A stretch of DNA of 64,000 bases from Patescibacteria group bacterium (GCA_004297205.1 SCUL01000001.1:93862-157861); one strand, 5' to 3'. Positions 1-10,083 are shown, numbered from the stretch's first letter. Notes: generated by a model not told the origin, from the sequence alone. Numbers and translations: made by a program.

Positions 1-2
1 TC

Positions 3-1073
3 GTCCCGGAGCATCTCCAGGCCGAGCATCATCGGCGGCAGGTCCGAGTCGCTGCCAGTGATGACCACCACGTGGGGCTTCGGCAGCGCCACGTCGATAC
101 CCATCGCCTCCTTCTGGTAGGCCTCGAGCTTGCGGCCGGTCAGCCGCCAGAAGATGTAGCGGTAGAGGCGCGCCGTCTGGACGAGCACCTCCGGCGGCAC
201 GATCTGGCCGTGGACCCAGCCGACGTCGTAGTCCGACTCCGGCTTCTTCTTGTCGATCCCGCGCGTCTTGCCCCAAATCCGGACGAACTGCTTGTCGTAG
301 CTCGTCGGGCTCTCCCGCCTGGCCTTGGCCTGGGCCGCGGCCCACTGCCGGCCGTCCCAGAAGCGGGACGAATCCGGGGTCAGCACCTCGTCGCCGACCG
401 TGAGCTGCCCGTCATCGTCGAAGCCGTACTCGAACTTCGTGTCGGCCAGGACGATGCCACGGTCCTGGGCGAACGCGCGCGCCTTCTCGAACAGGCGGAG
501 CGTCAGGTTCTCGACGACGTCGCCGTGCTGCTCGCGCACGCTCTCGGCCGAGATGTGCTCGTCGTGCCCGACCTCGGCCTTGGTGGTCGGGGTGAAGAGC
601 GGCGACTCGAGCCGATCACCGTCCTGGAGGCCCTCGGGCGGCTTGTGCCCGCAGACCTCGCCGGTCTTCTTGTAGGCCGCGAGCCCGCTGCCCGTCAGGC
701 AGCCGCGCGCGATGGCCTCGACCGGCAGCATCAGCAGCTTGCGGACCACTGTGGCCCGCATCTGGAGCATCTGATTGCCCTGGAGCGCCTCGGGCAGGTG
801 CGCGTCGATCGCGCTGCCGCTGGCGACGAGATCGTGCGCGAACTGCTCGCGCATCACCTCCGTCCGCCAGAAGCGGTTCATCGCCGTCAGCACCGCGCCC
901 TTCTGGGGCACCAGCGCGTTCAGGACGAAGTCGAAGATGCTGATGCGGTCGCTGGCGACCACGAGCAGCTTCGACGGGTCCGGGAGGGTGTAGGTGTCGC
1001 GCACCTTCCCCCGCCGCACCAGCTCCAGCCCCGCGAGGGGCTCCTTGATCAGACCATCTGGAATTTTCGTCAT
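3..1073 (-). CDS. purC: SAICAR synthetase (PurC) fused in frame to the start of a PurE-like AIR carboxylase domain; runs off the left edge
   Basis: Manual translation from ATG 1073 (SD AGGAGG): MTKIPDGLIKEPLAGLELVRRGKVRDTY...VASDRISIFD...DTKFEYG...DEVLTPDSSRFW...SYDKQFVR, then no stop into PHVVVITGSDSDLPPMML (PurE GSxSD motif). Absent from the ORF track because there is no stop in the window. Confidence 0.92.
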   Translation of the reverse strand, partial: MTKIPDGLIKEPLAGLELVRRGKVRDTYTLPDPSKLLVVASDRISIFDFVLNALVPQKGAVLTAMNRFWRTEVMREQFAHDLVASGSAIDAHLPEALQGNQMLQMRATVVRKLLMLPVEAIARGCLTGSGLAAYKKTGEVCGHKPPEGLQDGDRLESPLFTPTTKAEVGHDEHISAESVREQHGDVVENLTLRLFEKARAFAQDRGIVLADTKFEYGFDDDGQLTVGDEVLTPDSSRFWDGRQWAAAQAKARRESPTSYDKQFVRIWGKTRGIDKKKPESDYDVGWVHGQIVPPEVLVQTARLYRYIFWRLTGRKLEAYQKEAMGIDVALPKPHVVVITGSDSDLPPMMLGLEMLRD

Positions 1074-1111
1074 CGCGTGCCCCTCCTGTTTGGGCGGACC
1101 CATCCAACCAA

Positions 1112-1141
1112 ATAGGCGCTCCCTTGTCGAGAGGCGCCTAT
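1112..1141 (-). terminator. Hairpin between the 279-aa gene and purC
   Basis: TAGGCGC...GCGCCTA inverted repeat followed by a short T run on the minus strand. Confidence 0.45.
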
Positions 1142-1159
1142 AAAGTGGTACTAGTATTG

Positions 1160-1999
1160 CTAGTATGCGACGCCGCTGATTTCCTGTTCGCGGCCGTCGG
1201 GGGTGACCCGCGTCACCGTGAACTCGCCCGGGCCGCTCCAATGCAGGTCCTTCCAGTACGGCAAGCGTTTCCCGCTCGCGTCGGTCGCCCAGGGCTCTTC
1301 GGCGGCCGTTTCGGTGGTCACGTCGTGCGAGCTGTCCGTCGCCAAGCTGTACATGGAAATCGGCTCAACACCGCAACCCGCACCGCCGCAGGTGTGCGGA
1401 TACGACAGCACGGTCCAACCCTGCGCACTCCAGATGGGCTTGCCGAACTGAGGAAAATTGTTGAGCGTCTTGTACCCCGCCAACGCGCCGTTATCGGGCT
1501 CGAGCGTGTACGTGCCGGTGACGTAGTTTTCCGGCAACCCGACGCCGCAGTAGTTCTCGTCCACCAGGCAGCCTTGCGGCGCAAAGGAGATCACCAGCCG
1601 CGCCGGACCCCGCGCGAAGTTCAGGGAATCCACGTCCAGTAAGAACGGAGCGTTGGCGTCCGTGTATACCTCGCCGGCGGTCAGGAGGACGTCGCTCTTC
1701 CCGACGACGCGGAGCACGAGCTTGTACTCGCCCAGGCAATAGCGCGTGTCCGCATCCTCCATCACGGCCTGTTTCACTTCGCCTTTGCACAGATAGACCA
1801 CGGCTGAGCCGGAGCCGTACGAAATCGTTCCCGCCTCCTTGTACTCGTCCGCCTGCGGGACGGGAGACGACGGGACGAGCGTGCCGATCCGACCCACCAA
1901 GTCGCGATACTGCGCTTCGCTCTGCCACCACACAAAGCCGATCATGCCGAGCATGATCACGAAGAGAAAGATGACCGCTGCGCCGAGGAGCTTGGACAT
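1160..1999 (-). CDS. Hypothetical protein with N-terminal membrane anchor, Cys-containing extracellular region
   Basis: 279-aa ORF, hydrophobic N-terminus (LLGAAVIFLFVIMLGMIGFVWW), coding-like codon use. Confidence 0.75.
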   Translation of the reverse strand: MSKLLGAAVIFLFVIMLGMIGFVWWQSEAQYRDLVGRIGTLVPSSPVPQADEYKEAGTISYGSGSAVVYLCKGEVKQAVMEDADTRYCLGEYKLVLRVVGKSDVLLTAGEVYTDANAPFLLDVDSLNFARGPARLVISFAPQGCLVDENYCGVGLPENYVTGTYTLEPDNGALAGYKTLNNFPQFGKPIWSAQGWTVLSYPHTCGGAGCGVEPISMYSLATDSSHDVTTETAAEEPWATDASGKRLPYWKDLHWSGPGEFTVTRVTPDGREQEISGVAY

Positions 2000-2088
2000 A
2001 GGGTGATGTGCGTTGCTGCCAGCATATCATACGCCGGTCGCCCCCGCGCGCCAGCACGACAAAAAAGAGAACTCGCTGGAAAGCGAGT

Positions 2089-2697
2089 CTATGCGACGCC
2101 GAGAAGTCGCTTCAATGCCGCGGTAACCGGTTGAAGTTCCAGCATCTCGTCTTCAGGTGTCTGGTCGACGACGTACTTTCCGCTTGGTTCGACGATGTAC
2201 AGCGAACGCGTCGGGAAATGTGGATCGACCTGTCCGTGGACCTCAGCGGTCAGCGTGACCGGCCGATGCGACCGATCTTCACGCACCGTACCGTCGGGCA
2301 GCGACAAAGCGAACGCGTCTTCCCAATGTGCCGGAACCCTTCCACCGTGGCGCACGGCGATCGACCCATAGAACGCGATGTATGCCGCGGCGACCTCGTC
2401 GCGGCTCATGGCCGTTTCGTCGAGTCCCGCCAAGGCGTTCCGTTTGACCATCGCCGGATCCAAATCCTCACTGGGAATGACGAATGCGTTGTCCATGCCG
2501 AGAATGGGCAGGTCGGTGAGCCCGCGGTATGCCAAGACCTTCCGCCGTGCGTTCTCCGCGATGTCGCTCCCTTCGTCGACATCAACCGGTTCCAGACCCA
2601 GATCCTGCGGCACCAGCAACTCCACGCCGGTGTCGCGCAACAACTTGCGGAAGCGTTCCACCTTCGCAGGATTCGTCGTGGCAATCAGAACGCGCAT
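2089..2697 (-). CDS. Non-canonical purine NTP pyrophosphatase (Ham1/RdgB-like), divergent
   Basis: MRVLIATTNPAK...VDEGSDIAENARRK matches the Ham1 N-terminal motifs. Confidence 0.8.
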   Translation of the reverse strand: MRVLIATTNPAKVERFRKLLRDTGVELLVPQDLGLEPVDVDEGSDIAENARRKVLAYRGLTDLPILGMDNAFVIPSEDLDPAMVKRNALAGLDETAMSRDEVAAAYIAFYGSIAVRHGGRVPAHWEDAFALSLPDGTVREDRSHRPVTLTAEVHGQVDPHFPTRSLYIVEPSGKYVVDQTPEDEMLELQPVTAALKRLLGVA

Positions 2698-2734
2698 ATT
2701 TCTCCTCGGCGCGAGGCTAACACCAACCGACGCT

Positions 2735-3781
2735 TCAGTCAACCAGTGCCAGCACCACGCCGATCACCGCCGCCACGGCGGAAATCACCCAGGCACGCAT
2801 GACGATCTTGGGTTCCGGCCAGCCCATGGCCTCCAGATGATGGTGGATGGGCGCCGACAGGAAGACTTTCTTCTTGCGGATCTTCTTGGACAGCACCTGG
2901 ATGATCACGGAGAGCGACTCGACGACGAAAACGATGCCGATCACGGGCAGGAGCAGTGCCGTGTTGGTGAGCATGGCCACGATGCCGAGCGTGACGCCGA
3001 GCGACATGGCGCCGGTGTCGCCCATGAAGAAACGCGCCGGCATGATGTTGAACCACAGGAACGCCAGGAGCGCCCCGGCGATGACGCCGCAGAACGCGGC
3101 CAGGTCGTAGCGGCCCTGAGCGAAGGCAATTGCTCCGTAGGCGGCGAAGCCGGTGAGCAAGGTGCCGCCGGCCAGACCGTCGAGTCCGTCGGTTTCGTTC
3201 ACGGAAAACGCGGTGGCCACGATCACCAGGAAGAACAGCGGGATGTACCACCAGCCGATGTCGAAAACGCCCAGGAACGGCACCTGGAACTGCGTCCATT
3301 CCAGCTTGAAGAAAAACCACCAGGCGCCGACCGCGGCGATGACGCTGTAGATGGCGAGGCGGTGCCGGGCGCGCAGGCCGCCGCCGTGCGCGCCGATCTT
3401 CCGGACGTTCCAATAGTCGTCGACGAGCCCGACCACGGCCGAGGCTACCAGCGCGCCCAGCGGCAACAGCGTTTCGCTGCGCGTCAGGAAGGAGAGCTGC
3501 GCGAAGATGCCGTCGAACCAGACGCCGAGCGCGGCCAGCGCCAGCGCCAGCACCGCCGTCGTCACCCAGACGAGCAACCCGCCCATGACCGGCGTGCCGG
3601 ACTTGGCGGCGTGGAGCTTGGCGTAAATCGGCGCCTCATCCGCCGAACGGATGCTCTTGCCGAGCTTGTACTTGTACAGGAAGTGGGTCAGCGCCGGCGT
3701 CCAGGCCATGGCCGCGACGAAGCTCAGCGTGGCAAGGACTCCGATTTTGATGACGGCGAAAGTGATGGGCATGTCAGGCAA
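2735..3781 (-). CDS. mraY: Phospho-N-acetylmuramoyl-pentapeptide transferase
   Basis: KSGTPVMGG, NETDGLDGL, FMGDTG, APIHHHLE motifs; multiple TM helices. Confidence 0.97.
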   Translation of the reverse strand: MPDMPITFAVIKIGVLATLSFVAAMAWTPALTHFLYKYKLGKSIRSADEAPIYAKLHAAKSGTPVMGGLLVWVTTAVLALALAALGVWFDGIFAQLSFLTRSETLLPLGALVASAVVGLVDDYWNVRKIGAHGGGLRARHRLAIYSVIAAVGAWWFFFKLEWTQFQVPFLGVFDIGWWYIPLFFLVIVATAFSVNETDGLDGLAGGTLLTGFAAYGAIAFAQGRYDLAAFCGVIAGALLAFLWFNIMPARFFMGDTGAMSLGVTLGIVAMLTNTALLLPVIGIVFVVESLSVIIQVLSKKIRKKKVFLSAPIHHHLEAMGWPEPKIVMRAWVISAVAAVIGVVLALVD

Positions 3782-4154
3782 CGTTGAGCAGGGCGACGAG
3801 CGCCGAGGCGGCCAAGAGCACCACGAGGATGGCGACGGTGACTGCGGCGCTGACCCGGGCCACCAACGGTTCCTTCTCCGCGAAGGCGGCCACGAGCCCC
3901 AGGTTGATCAAGAAAATGGCGGTCGCGAGGTAGGCCGGCAGGAACACCTGCCACCACGGGCCGACGCGGTCCACGCCGAAGTAAATCGTGTAATGGACCG
4001 GAAAGATGCGCTCCTCCATGCGCAGCGGCCAGACCACCCAGCCGATCACCCCGTAGCTCGCCGCGAGCATCAGGATGCACAACGCGAGCCAGCCCGTCAT
4101 GAGCGGGCCGCGCACGGCGGCACGGAAGCGCGGAAGCACGGGCGGAAACGGCAT
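3774..4154 (-). CDS. Small three-TM membrane protein overlapping the mraY start
   Basis: 126-aa hydrophobic ORF with PVHYTIYFGVD motif; -10-like TATACT just upstream. Confidence 0.75.
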   Translation of the reverse strand: MPFPPVLPRFRAAVRGPLMTGWLALCILMLAASYGVIGWVVWPLRMEERIFPVHYTIYFGVDRVGPWWQVFLPAYLATAIFLINLGLVAAFAEKEPLVARVSAAVTVAILVVLLAASALVALLNVA

Positions 4155-4243
4155 GGGAACGCAGCCAGTATAGCCACGCGCCCCGCGCTTGACAAACCTG
4201 GGGCGGACAGGTAATTTGCGGGCAATTCTCTACCGAACCCCGT

Positions 4244-4531
4244 ATGGCACATAAGAAAGCAGGTGGCTCTACAGCACTCGGCCGCGATTCCCACGGCCAG
4301 CGTTTGGGCATCAAAGTGGCCGGCGGCGACCTGGCCAAGCCGGGCGCGATCATCGTCCGCCAGCGCGGCACCCGCATCTTCCCGGGCCGCAACGTGATGC
4401 GCGGCAGCGACGACACGCTGTTCGCCACGGCCGAAGGCGTCGTCTCCTTCCTGGACACCAAAAAGGAAAACTTCCACGGCATCCCGCGGACCATCAAGAC
4501 GGTCCACGTCGATCCCGTAAAGTCGAAGTAA
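4244..4531 (+). CDS. rpmA: 50S ribosomal protein L27
   Basis: [36 protein letters not shown]. Confidence 0.98.
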   Translation: MAHKKAGGSTALGRDSHGQRLGIKVAGGDLAKPGAIIVRQRGTRIFPGRNVMRGSDDTLFATAEGVVSFLDTKKENFHGIPRTIKTVHVDPVKSK

Positions 4532-4544
4532 ACCGAACGAAAAG

Positions 4545-4578
4545 AAAGAGCGCCGGGTGCGAACCAGGCGCTCTTTGT
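4545..4578. terminator. Bidirectional terminator hairpin
   Basis: AAAGAGCGCC...GGCGCTCTTT between convergent genes. Confidence 0.7.
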
Positions 4579-4598
4579 TATTCGGACTGACGGAGAGG

Positions 4599-6926
4599 TT
4601 ACGGGTATGGCAGCGCCAACCCGGACTCAAACCCGACAATGTCGACTCCGCTCGCGGGCAAACCCGTCCGTGAAGCGATGACAAACGTGGACGAGAAACG
4701 GTTCAAGGCGAGGACGTTTGCGCTCGCATGCCGGCGAACCTTGCCCGATGCGTCCGTGGAGATCCACCAGTACCCGCCGATCCCGTCGGCGACGACGGTT
4801 CCCGTCGGAATTTCTCCCAGAATCAGCGGTTCGCCGCTCGCATAGTCAGCGAACAACGTCGCATCGACATCGCGCACGCGCGCCGCCCATGACGACCCGT
4901 AGAGATCTTGGGCGATGCCCTCCGAGGGGATCCAGCGCAGCACGCCGCCCGGCTCGATGGCGTAGACCTTGGGGTCGGAGACGATCTTCACCGGATGCGT
5001 CCCCGGTCGCATGATGACGTTTTTCCCCAGCGGCAGCGCGGCCAGCGTCGCGTCGCTCACCGTCTTCACTCCCGAAAAGTCCGGGAACCACGTCCGATAG
5101 ACCGTTTCGTTCGGAAAGGCGTGCCGCTTGCCGTCGGAGGAGACGGCATAGACGGCAGCCGTGGTGCCACGGACGAGGTCGCCCGCGGCGACGCCCGCGG
5201 GGAGCGTGGGGGCGGCGGGCGAGGCCGGGGGCGCCGACGGAGGAGTCCCCGGTGGCGTGGCCGGCGGCGTGGATGTCGATGCCGTCACGACGAAGGGGTA
5301 TTCCGTCGCGTCGGTGCGCACGTTGCCGGCCGCATCAACCGGATGGAAGGTGTAGTAGTACGTCGCGCCCGCCGTCAAACCGAGGTCGGTGTAGGTGCCA
5401 GCAAGCGTCTCAGTGAGTGTCGTGCCGAGCGCCTGCGACACCGCGGCCCGCAGGACGCGCACGCCCGCGAGATCGGCGTCCGCGGGGTTTGTCCAGGCAA
5501 GAACCGCCGAATGCCCGTCGGTTCCGAGGGTCGCGCTCACGTTCGTGACGGGCCCCGGCGGGGTCGTATCCCCGCCGCCGGCGCCGGCCGGAGCGCTGAA
5601 GGTATCCGCGGCGACGGCCGTGTTCTCCTCGATCGTCGCGTTCCCCGTGGTCGTCGTCTTGATCTGATATGTCCCGCCGCTTCCCGATGTCGTCGGGTTC
5701 TTGATGTTCGCAATCGTGCAGCTCTCCGCGGCCGCGTTCTGGACGCTCCCGGCGGAACGCGTGATCGTCACGACCTGTCCGGAGACGGCGGTCGCAAAGC
5801 TGCCGTCCATGCTCGAGCAGGTACCACCGCTTGCCTGGCTGACGTCGAAGCCGGTCGGGAACGTCACGACGATCTTCCCGTCGACGGGAATCGCGCTTTG
5901 CGTGGTGAGGGAGACGTTGACCGTGCCGATGACTCCACGCGTCAAACTCACCGGCTCGACGTTCGCGGGGGTGAGACTCCCCGCAGTGAACGTGTCGGCA
6001 GTAACGGCCGCATCCTGCTCGATGGTCTGGGTAGCCCCGCCGGAGGCTTGCGTCTCAATGGCATAGGTTCCGGCCGCTCCCGTGCCCGGATTGATGACGC
6101 GGCCAATGGCGCAGGTCTGGACGCCATTGGGCTCGGTGGTGCCCCCGCTCCTGGTGATGCTCACGACCTGTCCGACGACGGCGGTCGCGAACGTACCGTC
6201 CATCGAGGTACACGTACCGTCGAGTACGGCCACGGACGTCAGGATGAAGTTGGAGGGGAAGGTCACCTGGATGATGCCGTTTGCCGGTGTCGACGTGGTC
6301 TGCGTGAATGTGATGGTCGAGGTCGTCATCCGACCCGCCACGAGGGAGGCAGGCTCCACGTTGGTGCTGGTGAGCGTCGCCGGCGTCACCGTGATCGCCG
6401 TGTTGACGTTCGCGGTGCCATACGCCGCTCCCCCGTCGATGGAGAATTCCAGCGCCGCGGCGGCGGTCTCGTAATTGACGCCGATGATGCCGAGGTCGGC
6501 GATGGTGAGGGTGGCAAGAGGAGAGAAACGTTCCGTGGCGTTGATGACCAGCACCTTGTTGTTGCTTTCGTATGAAACCGTCGCGGACGTCGAGGTGGAT
6601 GCCGTTCCGCCGATCGTCGCCGTCGTGTCGAAGGGGTTCCAAACGGCGTTCACGGCGGCCGGGATGCGGATGCGCAGGTCATTGGTCGCGGTGACTTCCG
6701 ACGGGCTGACGTCGGTGAAGGTCAGCGTGTTGATGGTCGACGTTGCCGCCCCGACAACGATGCTTTGGGCGGTGCCGGTGAGCGTGCCCGTGGGGGCCGC
6801 AGCCCGCGCCCTGTTCACAAAAAACAGGCCGAACGCCGTCAGTGCGAGAAGGGACAAAAAAACGACCGGCAACACCCCTCTCCGGAGTTGTCCGAACGCG
6901 CGACTTTGGCTGTACATATCTTCCAT
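4599..6926 (-). CDS. Secreted Thr-rich surface protein: two internal ~130-aa repeats, FN3-like domain, Pro linker, conserved C-terminal domain
   Basis: Signal-like N-terminus; repeats NVEPASL..VTFP..CTSMDGTFATAV / NVEPVSL..VTFP..CSSMDGSFATAV; FN3-like LAWTNP..YTD.GL..GATYYY..VD.AGN. Confidence 0.85.
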   Translation of the reverse strand: MEDMYSQSRAFGQLRRGVLPVVFLSLLALTAFGLFFVNRARAAAPTGTLTGTAQSIVVGAATSTINTLTFTDVSPSEVTATNDLRIRIPAAVNAVWNPFDTTATIGGTASTSTSATVSYESNNKVLVINATERFSPLATLTIADLGIIGVNYETAAAALEFSIDGGAAYGTANVNTAITVTPATLTSTNVEPASLVAGRMTTSTITFTQTTSTPANGIIQVTFPSNFILTSVAVLDGTCTSMDGTFATAVVGQVVSITRSGGTTEPNGVQTCAIGRVINPGTGAAGTYAIETQASGGATQTIEQDAAVTADTFTAGSLTPANVEPVSLTRGVIGTVNVSLTTQSAIPVDGKIVVTFPTGFDVSQASGGTCSSMDGSFATAVSGQVVTITRSAGSVQNAAAESCTIANIKNPTTSGSGGTYQIKTTTTGNATIEENTAVAADTFSAPAGAGGGDTTPPGPVTNVSATLGTDGHSAVLAWTNPADADLAGVRVLRAAVSQALGTTLTETLAGTYTDLGLTAGATYYYTFHPVDAAGNVRTDATEYPFVVTASTSTPPATPPGTPPSAPPASPAAPTLPAGVAAGDLVRGTTAAVYAVSSDGKRHAFPNETVYRTWFPDFSGVKTVSDATLAALPLGKNVIMRPGTHPVKIVSDPKVYAIEPGGVLRWIPSEGIAQDLYGSSWAARVRDVDATLFADYASGEPLILGEIPTGTVVADGIGGYWWISTDASGKVRRHASANVLALNRFSSTFVIASRTGLPASGVDIVGFESGLALPYP

Positions 6927-6988
6927 TCCTAAGATTCGTTATCGAAAGAATGATACACCACTCGGGGGAGGTGGCTGTGGACAACTCT

Positions 6989-8605
6989 CTACTTCCTCCG
7001 TTTGACCGCCGCGGCCAGGAAGGCGTGGAACAACGGATGCGGTTTGAGCGGGGTCGACTGGAATTCCGGATGAAATTGCACGCCGACGAAGAACGGATGG
7101 TCCTTGATCTCGATGATTTCCACCAAATGGCCGTCCGGCGACGTGCCGGAGACGACGAGCCCCTTGGCCTCAAGGCGCTTGCGGTAAGCGTTATTGAACT
7201 CGTACCGGTGGCGGTGGCGCTCCCCGACCGTTTCCTTGCCGTAGGCGGCGCGGCTGACGGTGCCACGGGCGATTTTGCAGGGCCAGGTGCCGAGCCGCAT
7301 GGTGGCGCCGTACTCCTGTTTGAGCAGCTTCTTTTCCTGCTCCGGCATGATGTGGATGACGGGGTGCTTGCTCTTGGGGTCGACTTCCGTGGTGTTGGCC
7401 TCTTTCAGCCCGGCGACGTTACGGGCGAACTCCACGCAGGCCAGCTGCATGCCGTAACACAGCCCGTAGTACGGAATCTTCTTTTCACGGGCATAGCGGA
7501 TGGCGGAGATGATGCCTTCGATGCCGCGGCTGCCGAAGCCGCCCGGCACGGCGATGGCGTCGACGCCGGACAGCACCTCGTCTGCGCCGAGTTTTTCGAT
7601 ACGCTGCGAATCGACCCAAACCAGCTCCGGCTTGCGGCCGAGCGCCCACGCCGCATGCTTCAGCGATTCGATGACCGAAATATAGACGTCGGAGAGCTGG
7701 TATTTGCCGCTGCCGAAATATTTGCCGACCACGGCGATCTTGATCGGCCGCCGCGCCCGCTTGATGCCCGTCACGAGCGCCCGCCACTTCTTGAGATCGA
7801 CTTTGCGGTTGCGCAGGCCGAGCTTGTTCAAAATCTTGTCAGCGAATTTCTGCTCTTCCAGGATCAAGGGAATCTCGTAAATCGAACCGACGTCCGGATT
7901 ACTGATGACGTCGCGCTTGTCGATGTTGCAAAACAGGGCGATGCGCTCCTTCCGCCGGTCGTCCATCGATTCCTCGGACCGACCGACCACGAATTCCGGC
8001 TGGATGCCCATGGAGTTCAACATGCGCACGCTCTGCTGGACCGGCTTGGTCTTCATCTCGCCCAAGTAGCCCGGCACCGGCAAATAGGCCACGTGGATCT
8101 GGATGATGTCCTTGGGCCGGCGCATCTTCATGATGCGGGTGGCCTCGAAGAAGATGCCGTTCTGGTACTCCCCGACCGTGCCGCCCAGCTCGACGATGAC
8201 GATGTCCGCGCCTTTGCCGGCGGCGTCGAAGCGGCGGATGATTTCGTCGGTGATGTGCGGGATGGCCTCGACGTCTTCGCCTTCATATGCAAAAGCCCGC
8301 TCCTTGCGCAGCACCTCGGCGTAGACCTGTCCGGTCGTGAGGTAGTTGACGCGATGGAGCGGGCGGCCGAGGAAACGTTCGTAATTGCCCAAGTCCTGGT
8401 CCGTTTCGAGTCCGTCTTCGGTGACGAAGACTTCGCCGTGTTCGACTGGTCGGATGGTGCCGGCGTCGACGTTCAGGTACATGTCGACCTTCATCGGCGA
8501 GACGCGGTAGCCGCGGGCTTGCAGGATCGTGCCGAGCGACGCGGTGGTGATCCCCTTGCCGAGGCCGGAGATGACGCCGCCGGAGATGAAGATGAACTTG
8601 GGCAT
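6989..8605 (-). CDS. pyrG: CTP synthase
   Basis: MPKFIFISGGVISGLGKGI, GLCYGMQ, ERHRHRYE, QFHPEF. Confidence 0.98.
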   Translation of the reverse strand: MPKFIFISGGVISGLGKGITTASLGTILQARGYRVSPMKVDMYLNVDAGTIRPVEHGEVFVTEDGLETDQDLGNYERFLGRPLHRVNYLTTGQVYAEVLRKERAFAYEGEDVEAIPHITDEIIRRFDAAGKGADIVIVELGGTVGEYQNGIFFEATRIMKMRRPKDIIQIHVAYLPVPGYLGEMKTKPVQQSVRMLNSMGIQPEFVVGRSEESMDDRRKERIALFCNIDKRDVISNPDVGSIYEIPLILEEQKFADKILNKLGLRNRKVDLKKWRALVTGIKRARRPIKIAVVGKYFGSGKYQLSDVYISVIESLKHAAWALGRKPELVWVDSQRIEKLGADEVLSGVDAIAVPGGFGSRGIEGIISAIRYAREKKIPYYGLCYGMQLACVEFARNVAGLKEANTTEVDPKSKHPVIHIMPEQEKKLLKQEYGATMRLGTWPCKIARGTVSRAAYGKETVGERHRHRYEFNNAYRKRLEAKGLVVSGTSPDGHLVEIIEIKDHPFFVGVQFHPEFQSTPLKPHPLFHAFLAAAVKRRK

Positions 8606-8606
8606 G

Positions 8607-9050
8607 TCAGGCAGGGATGATGGTGATATGCAGCGAGGCGACCTTGCCACCGCCGAGTTTGACCGGCACGTCGGCCGGACCGAGCTTCTTGATGGGGCCG
8701 GTCAGCGCGAGCTGTTCCTTGGCGATGATGAGCCCGGCCGCGGACGCCGCCTCAAGTATAGCGGAAACGCCGACCCCTGCGTACGGTTCGCCCTGGTCGT
8801 TGACGCGCACCCGCATGGTCAAAGCCGCAGCACCCAGCTGTTTGCCGAGGTCCTTGGCCGCCTTCTGCGCCTGGCGCTGCTCCTTTTCCTTGCGTTTGAC
8901 CCGCGCTTCGGCCTGGGCGAGCGCCGCAGGCGACGCCGGCACCGCCAATCCGCGCGGCAGCAGCATGTTGCGGGCCAGCCCGTTGGCCACGTCAACGAGG
9001 TCTCCGGTCCGGCCGACGTTCGGCACATCCTTCACCAAAACAACCTTCAT
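8607..9050 (-). CDS. rplI: 50S ribosomal protein L9
   Basis: MKVVLVKDVPNVGRTGDLVDVANGLARNMLLPRGLA...PIKKLG. Confidence 0.95.
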   Translation of the reverse strand: MKVVLVKDVPNVGRTGDLVDVANGLARNMLLPRGLAVPASPAALAQAEARVKRKEKEQRQAQKAAKDLGKQLGAAALTMRVRVNDQGEPYAGVGVSAILEAASAAGLIIAKEQLALTGPIKKLGPADVPVKLGGGKVASLHITIIPA

Positions 9051-9137
9051 ACGGCTGCAAGTATAGTCGCCCGGCCCCTGCTTGACAAAAGTACCTGCGA
9101 CCCGCAGTATGCGCCGCACGTCGGACCAGGAGGACAC

Positions 9138-9479
9138 ATGCAGACGTTGACCGAGACCGCCCTGTCGAAGGGTGTCGTGTATCCGGACGGCACGCCGGTG
9201 CGGATCCGTCACGGGTGGATCATCATCTTCCACCTGCAGTGCGGAACGCTGGCTCTCGCCGAGGGCATGACCAAGGGCTATTGGGCGAAGCCCGACAGCC
9301 TGGTGGGAAAGGACGACAAGCTCCTGCTCTGCCCCGGCGGCTTCTCGACGGATGACCTGCCCGCGATGGTCCGCCTCGCGGAGCGGATCGCGGCACGGCA
9401 CGGGTGCGGTGTGAAGCGCGTCACGCTCCCGTCCACGACCGTCGTCGCCTTCGATCTCGTCGCCTCCGCCGCGGCCTGA
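9138..9479 (+). CDS. Orphan hypothetical protein (113 aa) with its own promoter, SD and terminator
   Basis: TTGACA(9082)-17-CAGTAT, SD AGGAGG, high-GC3 ORF MQTLTETALSKG..., hairpin plus TTTTTTAT at ~9500-9542. Confidence 0.7.
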   Translation: MQTLTETALSKGVVYPDGTPVRIRHGWIIIFHLQCGTLALAEGMTKGYWAKPDSLVGKDDKLLLCPGGFSTDDLPAMVRLAERIAARHGCGVKRVTLPSTTVVAFDLVASAAA

Positions 9480-9558
9480 ACCCGCACGGACGCTCCCCGG
9501 CTTCAGTCGAGCCAAGCTCGACCGCGGCCGGCTCTTTTTTATGAGAAAAGCCCCGGCA

Positions 9559-10026
9559 TCAGCCGAGGCTTCCGACCGCGGCAAGCATCTCCAGCGCCAC
9601 CTTGGCCGCTTCCCGCCCGCGGTTCATCTCCCCCGGACCGCTGCGCTCCTCCGCCTGCTCGCGCGTAAAACAGGTGATGACGCCGAAGACACAGGGTTTT
9701 CCGTGGCGAAGCCCGACCTGCATGATGCCGGAGGCGGCGGCCCGGCTAATGTATTCAAAATGCGGCGTGTCGCCTTGGATGAGCGCGCCCAGGCAGATCA
9801 CGGCGTCCGCGGCTTTGGCGGCAAAAAGCCGGTCGGCGGCCAGCGGCACTTCAAACGAGCCCGGCACTTCGACGACGCGGACCTTCTCCTGCGGGATGCC
9901 CGCTTCGCCGAGCGCCTCGAGCGCCCCGGCAAGCAATGCCGCGGTGATGTCCTCGTTGAAACGCGCCCGGACGATGGCGACGCGAACGTCGGCACTGCGC
10001 ATCTTTTGGAAGGTATTGTGTTTCAT
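9559..10026 (-). CDS. ribH: 6,7-dimethyl-8-ribityllumazine synthase
   Basis: ARFNEDIT, VPGSFEVP, LGALIQGDTPHFEYI, PCVFGVIT. Confidence 0.97.
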   Translation of the reverse strand: MKHNTFQKMRSADVRVAIVRARFNEDITAALLAGALEALGEAGIPQEKVRVVEVPGSFEVPLAADRLFAAKAADAVICLGALIQGDTPHFEYISRAAASGIMQVGLRHGKPCVFGVITCFTREQAEERSGPGEMNRGREAAKVALEMLAAVGSLG

Positions 10027-10083
10027 ATGTGAGGCCTACGAAAGTACGAACGACCGCGAAAATACGAATTCGTAGTTTTGTTG

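Noticed and set aside
72-1115. 347-aa plus-strand ORF and many other long antisense ORFs (e.g. 25331-27949, 49889-52294, 28895-30910)
   Set aside because: Shadow frames of high-GC genes; the opposite strand carries recognisable protein motifs
1074-1159. Purine or ZTP riboswitch upstream of purC
   Set aside because: Only ~85 nt, mostly one terminator-like hairpin; aptamer consensus not recognised
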